The notes under the pieces were generated by a model. It worked only from the letters and a program-made list of their open reading frames with translations, made no database searches and had not been told where the DNA came from. From an uncultured Alphaproteobacteria bacterium (GTDB taxonomy: Bacteria; Pseudomonadota; Alphaproteobacteria; Rs-D84), in the NCBI GenBank assembly GCA_947053455.1, contig CAMRSV010000005.1, forward strand, positions 1 to 64,000: a DNA stretch of 64,000 nt. Reading direction: 5' to 3'. Of the stretch, positions 21,144 through 29,719 are shown piece after piece; within the stretch, counting starts at the first letter, position 1; the number at the start of each line of letters is the position of its first letter. Made by a program: the position numbers and the translations under genes.

Positions 21144-21965
21144 TTATTTCAACGCTTCGATAATCTGGGCATACGGGATTGCACCCGGGAACGCCTGTTC
21201 GTTGATAATCAGGAACGGTGTACCGCTGATATCAAACTGCTGTGCTGTTTCACGAACGTTTTTCAATTCACGTGCAACAACTTCGCCTTCCATGTCCTTG
21301 GTCAACTGGTCAGTATTCAAACCCGCTTCCTTGGCCATTTTCATAACATTTGCATGAACTTTTTCACCAATCTTTGACTGATCTTTCAAATCGTCCTGGG
21401 AATAGTAATTACGGTTCATCAGCATTTTTACCAATTCTGCAGACTTTTCCGGACTCTGCAGTTTCGCAGCGATAACCGCACGCGCCGGCGCATCCGACAA
21501 CGGCCCATGGATAGAGAAGTTCTTTACCACAACGCGAACGTCATCATTATTGTCCAGTACGCGTTCCAGTTCACCGTGTACGCGGCGGCAATACGGGCAA
21601 GAGAAATCTGTCCAAACAAAGATTGTTTTAGTTGCGTCCGCCTTACCCATAATCGGGGCATCGGCAATCATTTTATCGGCTTTGTTACGAACATAGGAAC
21701 GAATTGCCTTGTTCTTTTCAGCATTCGCTTTTTCCTGCATACCGTTGACCATATCCTGGATGATTTCCGGATTAACATCCGTCAGATAATACGGAATCAC
21801 CAAACGGGAAACCGAACCCGCAACCAAGATAATTGCAACAATGCTTATTACCTTTTTCGCAATGATAGAACCGGCCGTCGGCTTTTTCGCGTTCCCTTTT
21901 AGCAGCATGCCGCCAAACAGGAACAGAGCAATGCCCAAAACCAGAACCAATATTGTCCAAGTCAT
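21144..21965 (-). CDS. DsbA-family thiol:disulfide oxidoreductase, membrane-anchored
   Basis: DFSCPYC active site, GTP cis-Pro loop, N-terminal TM helices. Confidence 0.88.
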   Translation of the reverse strand: MTWTILVLVLGIALFLFGGMLLKGNAKKPTAGSIIAKKVISIVAIILVAGSVSRLVIPYYLTDVNPEIIQDMVNGMQEKANAEKNKAIRSYVRNKADKMIADAPIMGKADATKTIFVWTDFSCPYCRRVHGELERVLDNNDDVRVVVKNFSIHGPLSDAPARAVIAAKLQSPEKSAELVKMLMNRNYYSQDDLKDQSKIGEKVHANVMKMAKEAGLNTDQLTKDMEGEVVARELKNVRETAQQFDISGTPFLIINEQAFPGAIPYAQIIEALK

Positions 21966-22034
21966 ATTTTTCTCCTTTCTGTTGAACAAAGTTTAGGATA
22001 TAAAAAAATTCCCCACAGCGCAAGGAATAAATCT

Positions 22035-22694
22035 TTAATTATGTTTAATCAATATCTGGCGCGCGACGGGAACATTAACACCCTGGGATTCGCATACATG
22101 CGATATAAACCGCATTGTGATACCTAGATTCAGCGGTAAATTATACACCTTGTCCAAATATGGTGCGGCGCAATTGTCACACACCGCGCGACCCGTTCGC
22201 GGCGACAAATAATTCAAATTTTCAATTTCCCCACACGAAGCGCACCGCGATAAATCCAGTGCATACCCCAATTCACGCAGAAAATTTATTTCCCAGCGCA
22301 GATACGCGTCATCTGCACCCACGGGCGCCGACAATTTATTTAAAAAATCAAGCGTTTCATCATATAGGGATGAATAACCCTCTCGCTCGGGCAACAGTGC
22401 CGCAATCAACGCGAACGCCGCATTCATCTGGGCCAGTTTTTTCATATTCGTCATCGCCACCGCCGCCAGATTTTTTTCCGCCTCCCAATGAAAAGTCCCC
22501 AGTTGCGTATCCAACCGCGCATTCCATGCGGCGGCCCCCACCTGCCCCACCAACGGGATATTTTTCTTTGCAATCTGGGCGGCACGCATCACGCCACACA
22601 AAACACCAAAATCACGGGTAAAAACGCGCGCAACCGCATCGCGTTCGCCGATTGGGCGCAAATCAATCAAAATTCCAGCTGATTCTAATTTCAT
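22035..22694 (-). CDS. recO: DNA repair protein RecO
   Basis: GERDA N-terminal OB fold, LGYALDLSRCASCG, YLSPRTGRAVC. Confidence 0.93.
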   Translation of the reverse strand: MKLESAGILIDLRPIGERDAVARVFTRDFGVLCGVMRAAQIAKKNIPLVGQVGAAAWNARLDTQLGTFHWEAEKNLAAVAMTNMKKLAQMNAAFALIAALLPEREGYSSLYDETLDFLNKLSAPVGADDAYLRWEINFLRELGYALDLSRCASCGEIENLNYLSPRTGRAVCDNCAAPYLDKVYNLPLNLGITMRFISHVCESQGVNVPVARQILIKHN

Positions 22695-22810
22695 TTCCGG
22701 TGTATTATAGTGCATAGAACTACAAAAGTTTATTGAAAAATAAATCCCACTATGTGTATAAATTGCACTTTATTCTTTACATTTTTCCTCATTTTATTTA
22801 TAGTTAATAT

Positions 22811-23016
22811 GTCACGGTGAGTTACCGCGATGGGGCATAACAACCTCTATTAGGCGTCGGAATATAAACCAATTGGCGCATCGCGCCGTTTTTATTATTA
22901 CGACGATAAACAATCTCCTGATTTACAACTGGTCAGGAGGGCTGTCTAATAACCAATAAACAGCGCAATTCCTAATATTGTTGTTAACCTCCTGACCGTC
23001 AAAAATGGCGGTTTTT
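22811..23016 (+). ncRNA. Novel structured leader RNA, copy 3
   Basis: TAACAAC/GTTGTTA, TATTAGG/CCTAATA, GGTCAGGAGG/CCTCCTGACC, terminator gaccgtca-aaaa-tggcggtttt; promoter TTTACA-17-TATAGT at 22776-22804. Confidence 0.75.
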
Positions 23017-23041
23017 GTTTTTTCAAACCAGGGGTTAAAAC

Positions 23042-23650
23042 ATGAATAAAAAAATTTTTGTTATTTTAATGACGCCTGTGATTATCACAAATCACGCCAA
23101 CGCAATAGAACCATCAAATATATTATGTGATGTTTGCGCAGTCTATGCAGAATGTCTGCAAGAAGAATGTGCACCATATGCAGAAGAACAGCAAATACCT
23201 GATAACACTACAGTTGGAACTATATCCGCATATTGTCGTCAACACGTGCATGATGAATTGGATAATCAGGTGCCGTTTAATAGCACAATGATAGATAACT
23301 ATCTGTTATCAAACGAATTGGCCGACCAATTGGTTTATGACATATTAGGCGCCCAATTTGTCTATAAATGTAAATATGACGCGTCGTCAAATTCCTATTA
23401 TTGTGGATACGGGGATATATACGAGGCCTGCACTAATCAGCATACTAATGTATGCACTTGTCCCAACGGATATTATTTAAACTATGGAAGCTATAGCAAT
23501 GGACGCACGACACAATGCGTGCCATGCCCCGATTCCGGAACCAGCGATGGGGGCTCACTACAGAAAAACTGTTATTTACCAGCCAATTCAACATTCCGCG
23601 ACACAACCGGGAATGGTGAATATACTAACTCTTGCTACTATACTAATTAA
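23042..23650 (+). CDS. Small secreted Cys-rich protein
   Basis: Signal peptide ending ANA; C-terminal CPxGYY..CVPCP..GTS...CYLP...DTTG.GEYTNSCYY. Confidence 0.8.
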   Translation: MNKKIFVILMTPVIITNHANAIEPSNILCDVCAVYAECLQEECAPYAEEQQIPDNTTVGTISAYCRQHVHDELDNQVPFNSTMIDNYLLSNELADQLVYDILGAQFVYKCKYDASSNSYYCGYGDIYEACTNQHTNVCTCPNGYYLNYGSYSNGRTTQCVPCPDSGTSDGGSLQKNCYLPANSTFRDTTGNGEYTNSCYYTN

Positions 23651-23684
23651 ATAATAAAAATGCCCCAAATGCGGGGCGTTTTTA

Positions 23685-24797
23685 TTATTTATTAGTCAAC
23701 TGCAGCTCAATACGACGATTTTTCTGCAGGGCTTCTGGACTATTTCCCAGTTCCACCGGGTGCATATCACCAAACCCACTGGGCAACAAGCGCCGACGTG
23801 ACACGCCCGCCTCTGCCAAGGCATCAACCACCGCCGTCGCACGCAGCAGCGACAGTTCCGTGTTATTTTTATAACCGCGCGTCCCAGGCACAACGGGCTG
23901 CTTGTCCGTATGACCATCCACACGAATAATCCAATTCACATCGGACGGAATCTTTGCCTCCATTCCCTTTATAACACCGGCTATGGCACGCAATTGGTTT
24001 TTACCCTCCAGCGATAATGTGTATGAACCGCTGGGGAACAAAATGTCACTAGACACGATAAAGCGGTCACCATCGGGTTGTATTGTCGTGCGATCCCCCA
24101 GCGCCAATTTTATCGCCTTGTAAAAATCCGACTGATACTGTGCAACGGCATTTAATTCTGCAACCTTGTCCGCCAATGCCTTATTCAGACGCGTCGACAT
24201 TTCGACATACTGAATTTCCTTGGCATTAGCCTTCTGTTCGGCGGCGTCTAATGACGCCTGTAATTTTGCCAACTGTTCTTGAAGCGACATACGCTGTGCC
24301 TCCATTTCGACCTGCAATGCGCGTCGTTCCTGTTCCAGTTCGGTCGCCTTTTGTTTATCCAGATTCGCCTGATTTAACTGCTGGCTTAATTCGGAGACCA
24401 TTTTTTGCATGTCCTGCCCCTGGGACTGTAATTCCATAACCTTGGATTCATATGCCGTGACCAAATCCTCTATACTCAAATCAATTTCTTCCAATTCGGT
24501 GGTTAATTCCGCATTGCTGTTTTCCAGATTTTCCAATTCCGCACGCGCCAATATCAGCAGTCGTTTTGCCTCCTGCTCGTCTGCGGTCATTTGCTGAATT
24601 GTCTGTGCCTGTTCGGCATTTGTCTGTTTCAATTTGGCAACAGTTTTGATACCACTGCTCTTGTTAAAAACACTGGTGGTTGTCCATAAGAATACGAACA
24701 CAATCAACAGGAATATCAATATGATAACCAGATTTGAAAACAAATCAACAAAGCCTGGCCAAGCATTGGTCTGATTGCGAAATCTAATGTTCATCAT
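23685..24797 (-). CDS. MotB/OmpA-family peptidoglycan-binding protein with long coiled coil
   Basis: WPGFVD TM segment with Asp; VDGHTD, LSLLRA, NRRIE. Confidence 0.88.
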   Translation of the reverse strand: MMNIRFRNQTNAWPGFVDLFSNLVIILIFLLIVFVFLWTTTSVFNKSSGIKTVAKLKQTNAEQAQTIQQMTADEQEAKRLLILARAELENLENSNAELTTELEEIDLSIEDLVTAYESKVMELQSQGQDMQKMVSELSQQLNQANLDKQKATELEQERRALQVEMEAQRMSLQEQLAKLQASLDAAEQKANAKEIQYVEMSTRLNKALADKVAELNAVAQYQSDFYKAIKLALGDRTTIQPDGDRFIVSSDILFPSGSYTLSLEGKNQLRAIAGVIKGMEAKIPSDVNWIIRVDGHTDKQPVVPGTRGYKNNTELSLLRATAVVDALAEAGVSRRRLLPSGFGDMHPVELGNSPEALQKNRRIELQLTNK

Positions 24798-24828
24798 GTT
24801 TTTTCCTCTCTCTCTTTATTTCCCGGTG

Positions 24829-25605
24829 TCAATCTAATTCTGAAAACACCCTTTCTAAATTCTTCACACTGTTGTCCAGATTGCGCGCCGCCTGATTTAT
24901 TTGCGGTATTATTTCAATTGGCGTTGCGGGCGTGGCCGCACGCGTATGCGCCGCCAAATAATCTTCTAGCTCGCGGAAAATCGCATTTTGTGCAAACTGC
25001 ACCTGCAGGCCTAAAAATCCGATGGTCAAACTGCCCCCCAGTCCCAGGAGAGAACTAGTAAATGCGGTTGACATTCCCCCCAATGGACGCGCCAAACCCG
25101 CCTGCATCGCCAGCAATACAGATTCATTTTCAAAATCAAGCCCCGCGATTAAATCAGCAAATCCGCCGACGGTCATAATCAGCCCCCAAAATGTCCCCAG
25201 CAGCCCCAAAAATATCAACGTATTTGTGATATAGCGCACGGATTCGCGTGAATCTTCAAAGCGCACCAAAATCATGTCCAACATTCCGTTTAACGTTGCG
25301 GCGGAAATCTGGCGCGGGCGGGCACGCAAAATCATCGCCACCGGACGCAGCAATCGCGGTGGCAAATCCGCCGCACGCCGCCCAGACAAATACAGTGACA
25401 GCCACCGATATTCCGGCAACAGACGAAACATTTCGACAAAACACAGACCAATTCCAAACAAAGTCGTGCCAATTATTATTCCGTTAAGTATTATATTTGA
25501 CGTCGCAATATTCAGAAATTGCCGATAAAACAAAATGACACCAGCCGCCAAAACCGCGGAAAACAGCGTCATTATGTTAAGATTTCTGTGAAACTGATGC
25601 GTCAT
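24829..25605 (-). CDS. MotA/TolQ/ExbB-family membrane protein
   Basis: LGLLGTFWGL and GMSTAFTSSLLG motifs. Confidence 0.85.
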   Translation of the reverse strand: MTHQFHRNLNIMTLFSAVLAAGVILFYRQFLNIATSNIILNGIIIGTTLFGIGLCFVEMFRLLPEYRWLSLYLSGRRAADLPPRLLRPVAMILRARPRQISAATLNGMLDMILVRFEDSRESVRYITNTLIFLGLLGTFWGLIMTVGGFADLIAGLDFENESVLLAMQAGLARPLGGMSTAFTSSLLGLGGSLTIGFLGLQVQFAQNAIFRELEDYLAAHTRAATPATPIEIIPQINQAARNLDNSVKNLERVFSELD

Positions 25606-25712
25606 AAAATCTCTCTTATTATTACAATGATAATAAATTTGTGCCCATCAAGTCAATAGGGATTATTCATATTAAAAAAAACTTGATTTTATTAAAAAAG
25701 TCGGCATAATTG

Positions 25713-25760
25713 TCTGGTTCCTGCTGATGACATGGGGTCGTCGGCTGTATAAACCAGAGG
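25713..25760 (+). promoter_or_regulatory. Putative S6:S18 autoregulatory leader of rpsF
   Basis: tctggtt/aaccaga stem overlapping the SD, CC bulge, inner hairpin gctgatgac/gtcgtcggc. Confidence 0.5.
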
Positions 25761-25767
25761 AAATAAA

Positions 25768-26106
25768 ATGGCTTATTACGAAAGCGTCTTGGTTTTCCGC
25801 CAGGACTTGACCGAACCGCAGGTTAAAGAAAAAGCGGCTAAATTTACTGAAATTATCAAAGAGTTGGGCGGCGATGTAAAATCCACAGAATTCTGGGGAT
25901 TGAAAAATCTGGCGTATATCATCCGCAAAAACCGCAAGGCTCACTATGTAATGCTGAACATCGAATTGCCGGGTTCCCAGATTACAGAACTGGAACGTCG
26001 TTCCCGCATTGACGAAGACGTAATCCGTTTTCTGAACGTACGCGTTGACGAATTGTCAAAAACGCCGTCCATCATGATGAAAAAGAACACCGAGGAGGCA
26101 GAATAA
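25768..26106 (+). CDS. rpsF: 30S ribosomal protein S6
   Basis: [27 protein letters not shown]. Confidence 0.96.
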   Translation: MAYYESVLVFRQDLTEPQVKEKAAKFTEIIKELGGDVKSTEFWGLKNLAYIIRKNRKAHYVMLNIELPGSQITELERRSRIDEDVIRFLNVRVDELSKTPSIMMKKNTEEAE

Positions 26107-26333
26107 TGGCAGTAAGAGCAGCAATTTATCGTAAAAAATCTAACCCGTTAAAGGGCAAGGTTATTGATTACAAAGACATCAAAACACTGTCGCACTATAT
26201 TACCGAACGCGGTAAAATCGTGCCGTCCCGCATCAGCGGTGTTTCCCAGAAAGATCAGCGCGCCTTGGCAACGGCCATCAAACGTGCGCGCCATTTGGGT
26301 CTGATGCCGTTTGTTCGTAACAACTTGGGTTAA
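26106..26333 (+). CDS. rpsR: 30S ribosomal protein S18 (zinc-free type)
   Basis: IDYKD...[14 protein letters not shown]...AIKRAR. Confidence 0.96.
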   Translation: MAVRAAIYRKKSNPLKGKVIDYKDIKTLSHYITERGKIVPSRISGVSQKDQRALATAIKRARHLGLMPFVRNNLG

Positions 26334-26426
26334 TAATTCGTTTAGAATGGCGCGGATGCGCCGTTCTAATCAATTTTTTGTAAATTTGGGATTTATACAT
26401 CCCTAACTTGAAAAAGGACAGATAAG

Positions 26427-27017
26427 ATGAAGGTTATTTTAACAGAAAAAATTAACAAACTGGGCAATATCGGCGATACAGTCGAAGTTAAGACGGGTTA
26501 TGCACGCAACTATCTGTTGCCGAACAACAAAGCCATGCGCTGGACACGCGAAAATGTCGCATTGTTCGAAGCGAAAAAGGCAGAACTGGTTGCACGCCAG
26601 GATGCCGCACGCAAAGCCGCAGAAGGCAATGTTGACGCGGTAAAGAACGCAAAACTGCACATGATTCGCCAGGCGGGTGATACCGGCCAATTGTATGGTT
26701 CCGTATCAAGCCGCGACATCGCGCGCATGCTGAAAGAAGTTGCAAACGTCGCTGTTGAATCCGCACAGGTATTGCTGGGTGCGCCAATCAAGTCAATCGG
26801 TGCATTTGATACAAAAATCGCTCTGCACGCGGACGTTATCGTTCCAGTCAAGGTTTATGTCGCACAGACCCAGGACGAAATCGACGCATTGGTTGCGGGC
26901 AAGATTCTGACATTCGGTACGAAAAAGGTTGAAGAAACCGAAGAACCGGCCACCGAAGAACCGGCAGACGAAGCAAAATCGGAAGCCGCCGAAGAAAAAT
27001 CAGCCGACGCGGAATAA
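26427..27017 (+). CDS. rplI: 50S ribosomal protein L9
   Basis: MKVIL...VKTGYARNYLLP, GQLYGSV. Confidence 0.97.
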   Translation: MKVILTEKINKLGNIGDTVEVKTGYARNYLLPNNKAMRWTRENVALFEAKKAELVARQDAARKAAEGNVDAVKNAKLHMIRQAGDTGQLYGSVSSRDIARMLKEVANVAVESAQVLLGAPIKSIGAFDTKIALHADVIVPVKVYVAQTQDEIDALVAGKILTFGTKKVEETEEPATEEPADEAKSEAAEEKSADAE

Positions 27018-27048
27018 TTTGCGCCAAACACGCCCGAAAACAGGGCAT

Positions 27049-27074
27049 AAAAATCCCCCGATTGGGGGATTTTT
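27049..27074. terminator. Bidirectional intrinsic terminator
   Basis: aaaaatccccc-gatt-gggggattttt between convergent genes. Confidence 0.8.
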
Positions 27075-27079
27075 ATTAG

Positions 27080-27265
27080 TTAGAATTTATTTTTCACCTT
27101 TTTAAAGGTCAGCATAGAAAATGCGGCAACCATTATTTTAAGCAAAATTGGTTCCGGAAATATCTCGCGCCCAAATTCATATCGCTTGTATTTATTCTTG
27201 GGGATTTTAAATATTTGTGCGGCATCATTTGCATTGATTTGCAAAAATCTGCGTGCCGTTCGCAT
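27080..27265 (-). CDS. XRE-like helix-turn-helix protein (start ATG 27265 or TTG 27295)
   Basis: MRTARRFLQINANDAAQIFKIPKNKYKRYEFGR matches the XRE pattern; paralog of 52512..52955. Confidence 0.65.
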   Translation of the reverse strand: MRTARRFLQINANDAAQIFKIPKNKYKRYEFGREIFPEPILLKIMVAAFSMLTFKKVKNKF

Positions 27266-27293
27266 TTGTTTGCCGTAATACTTTGCGTCTACC

Positions 27294-27457
27294 AAAACCG
27301 TTTGGAAAAACCAAACGGCTGGAGGTTAAGAACTATCAGTACAATAGTGCTGTTTATTTATGTATATCACAGCCCTCCAACCAATGGAGTTTTAATTTTA
27401 TGTCTTTCGACAGTACTGATGGGTTCTTACACCCATGCGCCGGTTCCCCTTTGCGGT
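27294..27457 (-). ncRNA. Novel structured leader RNA, copy 4
   Basis: TAAGAAC/GTTCTTA, ATCAGTAC/GTACTGAT, GGTTGGAGG/CCTCCAGCC, terminator ccgtttgg-ttttt-ccaaacgg-tttt; promoter TTGCAA-16-TATAAT at 27489-27462. Confidence 0.78.
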
Positions 27458-27611
27458 ATGAATTATAGCATATTATTTATCATTTGCAAATATTTACTAG
27501 GTTGCTTCGTCGTTTGGCGGGGGTTTTGATTGCCCGCCTGGTGTATGATATTTCGTTTGACACGCATTCTAAAATTTGCAAGGATGCTTTTTTTTAAGAA
27601 AAAGGGATAAA

Positions 27612-28268
27612 ATGACCGAATATAAAATGTCCGAAAAGCAATATATAGAAATACAAGATTATCTGAACCAACTATCAAACGCATTATGCTTTATAAGCGA
27701 AGAAAAAAGCAAAATACAGGCAATCCTGCGTAATATGCAAATCATTAATACGCCCCAACCTATAAAAACAACACCGGGAAAGGCCAAATTGACTACTAAT
27801 CGCCACCTCAAAAACCCAAAAATAAAATCGGATACAGTAAAAGAAATATTGGGCTCTTATTACAAAAAGACATTAGTCTATTACATAAGAGGAAACAGAT
27901 TTAACAAACTAAAATACAACGAATTTCCCATATCATGGAATGAAACCGATATAAGACGCGCCCAGGATGTGGCCAAGGGAAATTTGTCGTTCGCCGCGTA
28001 CATAATAATACCTACGGCATACGCGCCATGGGCAACATGGGTGAACAATAAAAACACGTTTTTTAACCAAAACGGAACTTTTGCCGCTGCAAACGTAATA
28101 GTACAAGATAATACAAACGGCCAATTCAAATTATTAAAGGAAAATAAATGGCTGGGACTTGGTAACTTTGAGAGTATAGAAAAATTGTCTGCAACAGCAA
28201 TGAGCAAATTTGTACACGATGCAACCATCTTCTCAAAAATGCAAAAAGTGTTACAATTACAACGCTAA
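27612..28268 (+). CDS. Hypothetical protein (paralog of 38062 and the N-terminal part of 57033)
   Basis: SD aggga; motif GTFAAANVIVQDNTNGQFKLLKENKWLG. Confidence 0.7.
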   Translation: MTEYKMSEKQYIEIQDYLNQLSNALCFISEEKSKIQAILRNMQIINTPQPIKTTPGKAKLTTNRHLKNPKIKSDTVKEILGSYYKKTLVYYIRGNRFNKLKYNEFPISWNETDIRRAQDVAKGNLSFAAYIIIPTAYAPWATWVNNKNTFFNQNGTFAAANVIVQDNTNGQFKLLKENKWLGLGNFESIEKLSATAMSKFVHDATIFSKMQKVLQLQR

Positions 28269-28306
28269 TCATTTATAAAACCGCCTTGTGGGCGGTTTTT
28301 TTAGAT

Positions 28307-28681
28307 TTACATTTTTTGAACATAATCAACATCGATTTCGGTTTTCATAAAACCGCGGTCAACATCGCCATATAATTTTACGGTGTCTTCGGGGGTTACG
28401 GTCTGACCACGCCAATCTTTGTCGTCTATTTCAACGGTGATGGAACCTGTTGCGTCTTCGAACAAATATTTTTCGTCGCCCAGGCGCTGTAAAATCTTGC
28501 CCTTGACAACAACATTTACATCATCACGCATATCTTTAACCTGGGCAACGGTAACAATTGTTTCCGCACCACCAACAAAACCGCCAACCGCCGGCGCCGG
28601 TGCAGTTGCCCCTTGAAAACCAGCATGCGCTATTGGGCACGCAAATACCCCCATTACCGCCAACATCGATATTTTTTTCAT
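28307..28681 (-). CDS. YgiW/YdeI-family bacterial OB-fold (BOF) periplasmic protein
   Basis: Signal peptide; DDVNVVVKGKI..LGDEKYLFEDATGSITVEID..W.G..V. Confidence 0.9.
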   Translation of the reverse strand: MKKISMLAVMGVFACPIAHAGFQGATAPAPAVGGFVGGAETIVTVAQVKDMRDDVNVVVKGKILQRLGDEKYLFEDATGSITVEIDDKDWRGQTVTPEDTVKLYGDVDRGFMKTEIDVDYVQKM

Positions 28682-28767
28682 TTCTTTATCTCCTTTTGCT
28701 TTATTAAACTTTAATCAATACAAATTATATCATAAAATGCAAACAATCAACACTAGGAATAAAAAAT

Positions 28768-29598
28768 TTATTTGACCACGTGCACATCCATTTGCGGGAA
28801 TGGGAAATTAATTTTCTTTTTCGGCAACGCATCATATATTCGTTCCATCATATCCGCAGTTGCGGGCGCAACATCTTCATACTTGGTCCAAAACCGCACG
28901 GTTAATGTCACCGCGCTGTCATCCAGGCTGCTTACAAAAACAGATGGTGCAGGCTCTGTCTTTATTCGTTTATCTGCGGTTAAAATTCCAATAATTTCGC
29001 GCCGCGCCGCGTCTATTTTCGTGCCGTATGCAACACCTATTTTAATCTCGGTACGACGCCATGCCCCCTGGGATAGGTTTGTAATCACACCGTTGGCCAG
29101 TGCCCCGTTCGGTAAAAAGACCACCTGGTTATCAAAGGTACGAACCTCGGTTGTGAAAATCATTATCTTTTTAACAACGCCGATATCACCGGTTGCAACC
29201 TCAATAGTGTCACCGACCCGAAAAGGCTTGAACAACAGTAATATTATCCCGCCGGCAAAATTTTGCATGGTGCCCGACAACGCCATGCCAACCGCCAAAG
29301 ACGCCGCGCCCAAAACTGCAATTATGGATGTCATTTGAACCCCGACCGTCGTCAAGACAACAATAATGACAAATACCTTTAACATTATACTTATAAAAGA
29401 CAATAGAAATGATTGCAGTGACGCTTCCAAACGGCGGCGTTCCATTATCGCGCGAATAGATAAAGTTATACGGTTCGCCAACCACATTCCGGCAACAAAT
29501 ATTGCAATGGCTGCAACCAATTTAAATCCAAATCTAACCGCGTTTTGTCCCAAAGAAGACAAAATGGATTCCAAACTTGTAACTTCTATAACATTCAT
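28768..29598 (-). CDS. mscS: Small-conductance mechanosensitive channel
   Basis: GAASLAVGMALSGTMQNFAGG, PFRVGD, FPFPQMDV. Confidence 0.92.
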   Translation of the reverse strand: MNVIEVTSLESILSSLGQNAVRFGFKLVAAIAIFVAGMWLANRITLSIRAIMERRRLEASLQSFLLSFISIMLKVFVIIVVLTTVGVQMTSIIAVLGAASLAVGMALSGTMQNFAGGIILLLFKPFRVGDTIEVATGDIGVVKKIMIFTTEVRTFDNQVVFLPNGALANGVITNLSQGAWRRTEIKIGVAYGTKIDAARREIIGILTADKRIKTEPAPSVFVSSLDDSAVTLTVRFWTKYEDVAPATADMMERIYDALPKKKINFPFPQMDVHVVK

Positions 29599-29719
29599 GA
29601 AAAAACCTCTCTGATTCAATGGATATTATTATATCATTTTTTTTCCGAATATGTGACGGGAATGATATCGTTTTTATAATAAAAAACGGGGGCAAGCCCC
29701 CGCTTTATTTTTCAACCGA

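Noticed and set aside
23685-25605. Zorya anti-phage system
   Set aside because: The MotA-like protein lacks the long ZorA tail and no zorC/D/E neighbours are present
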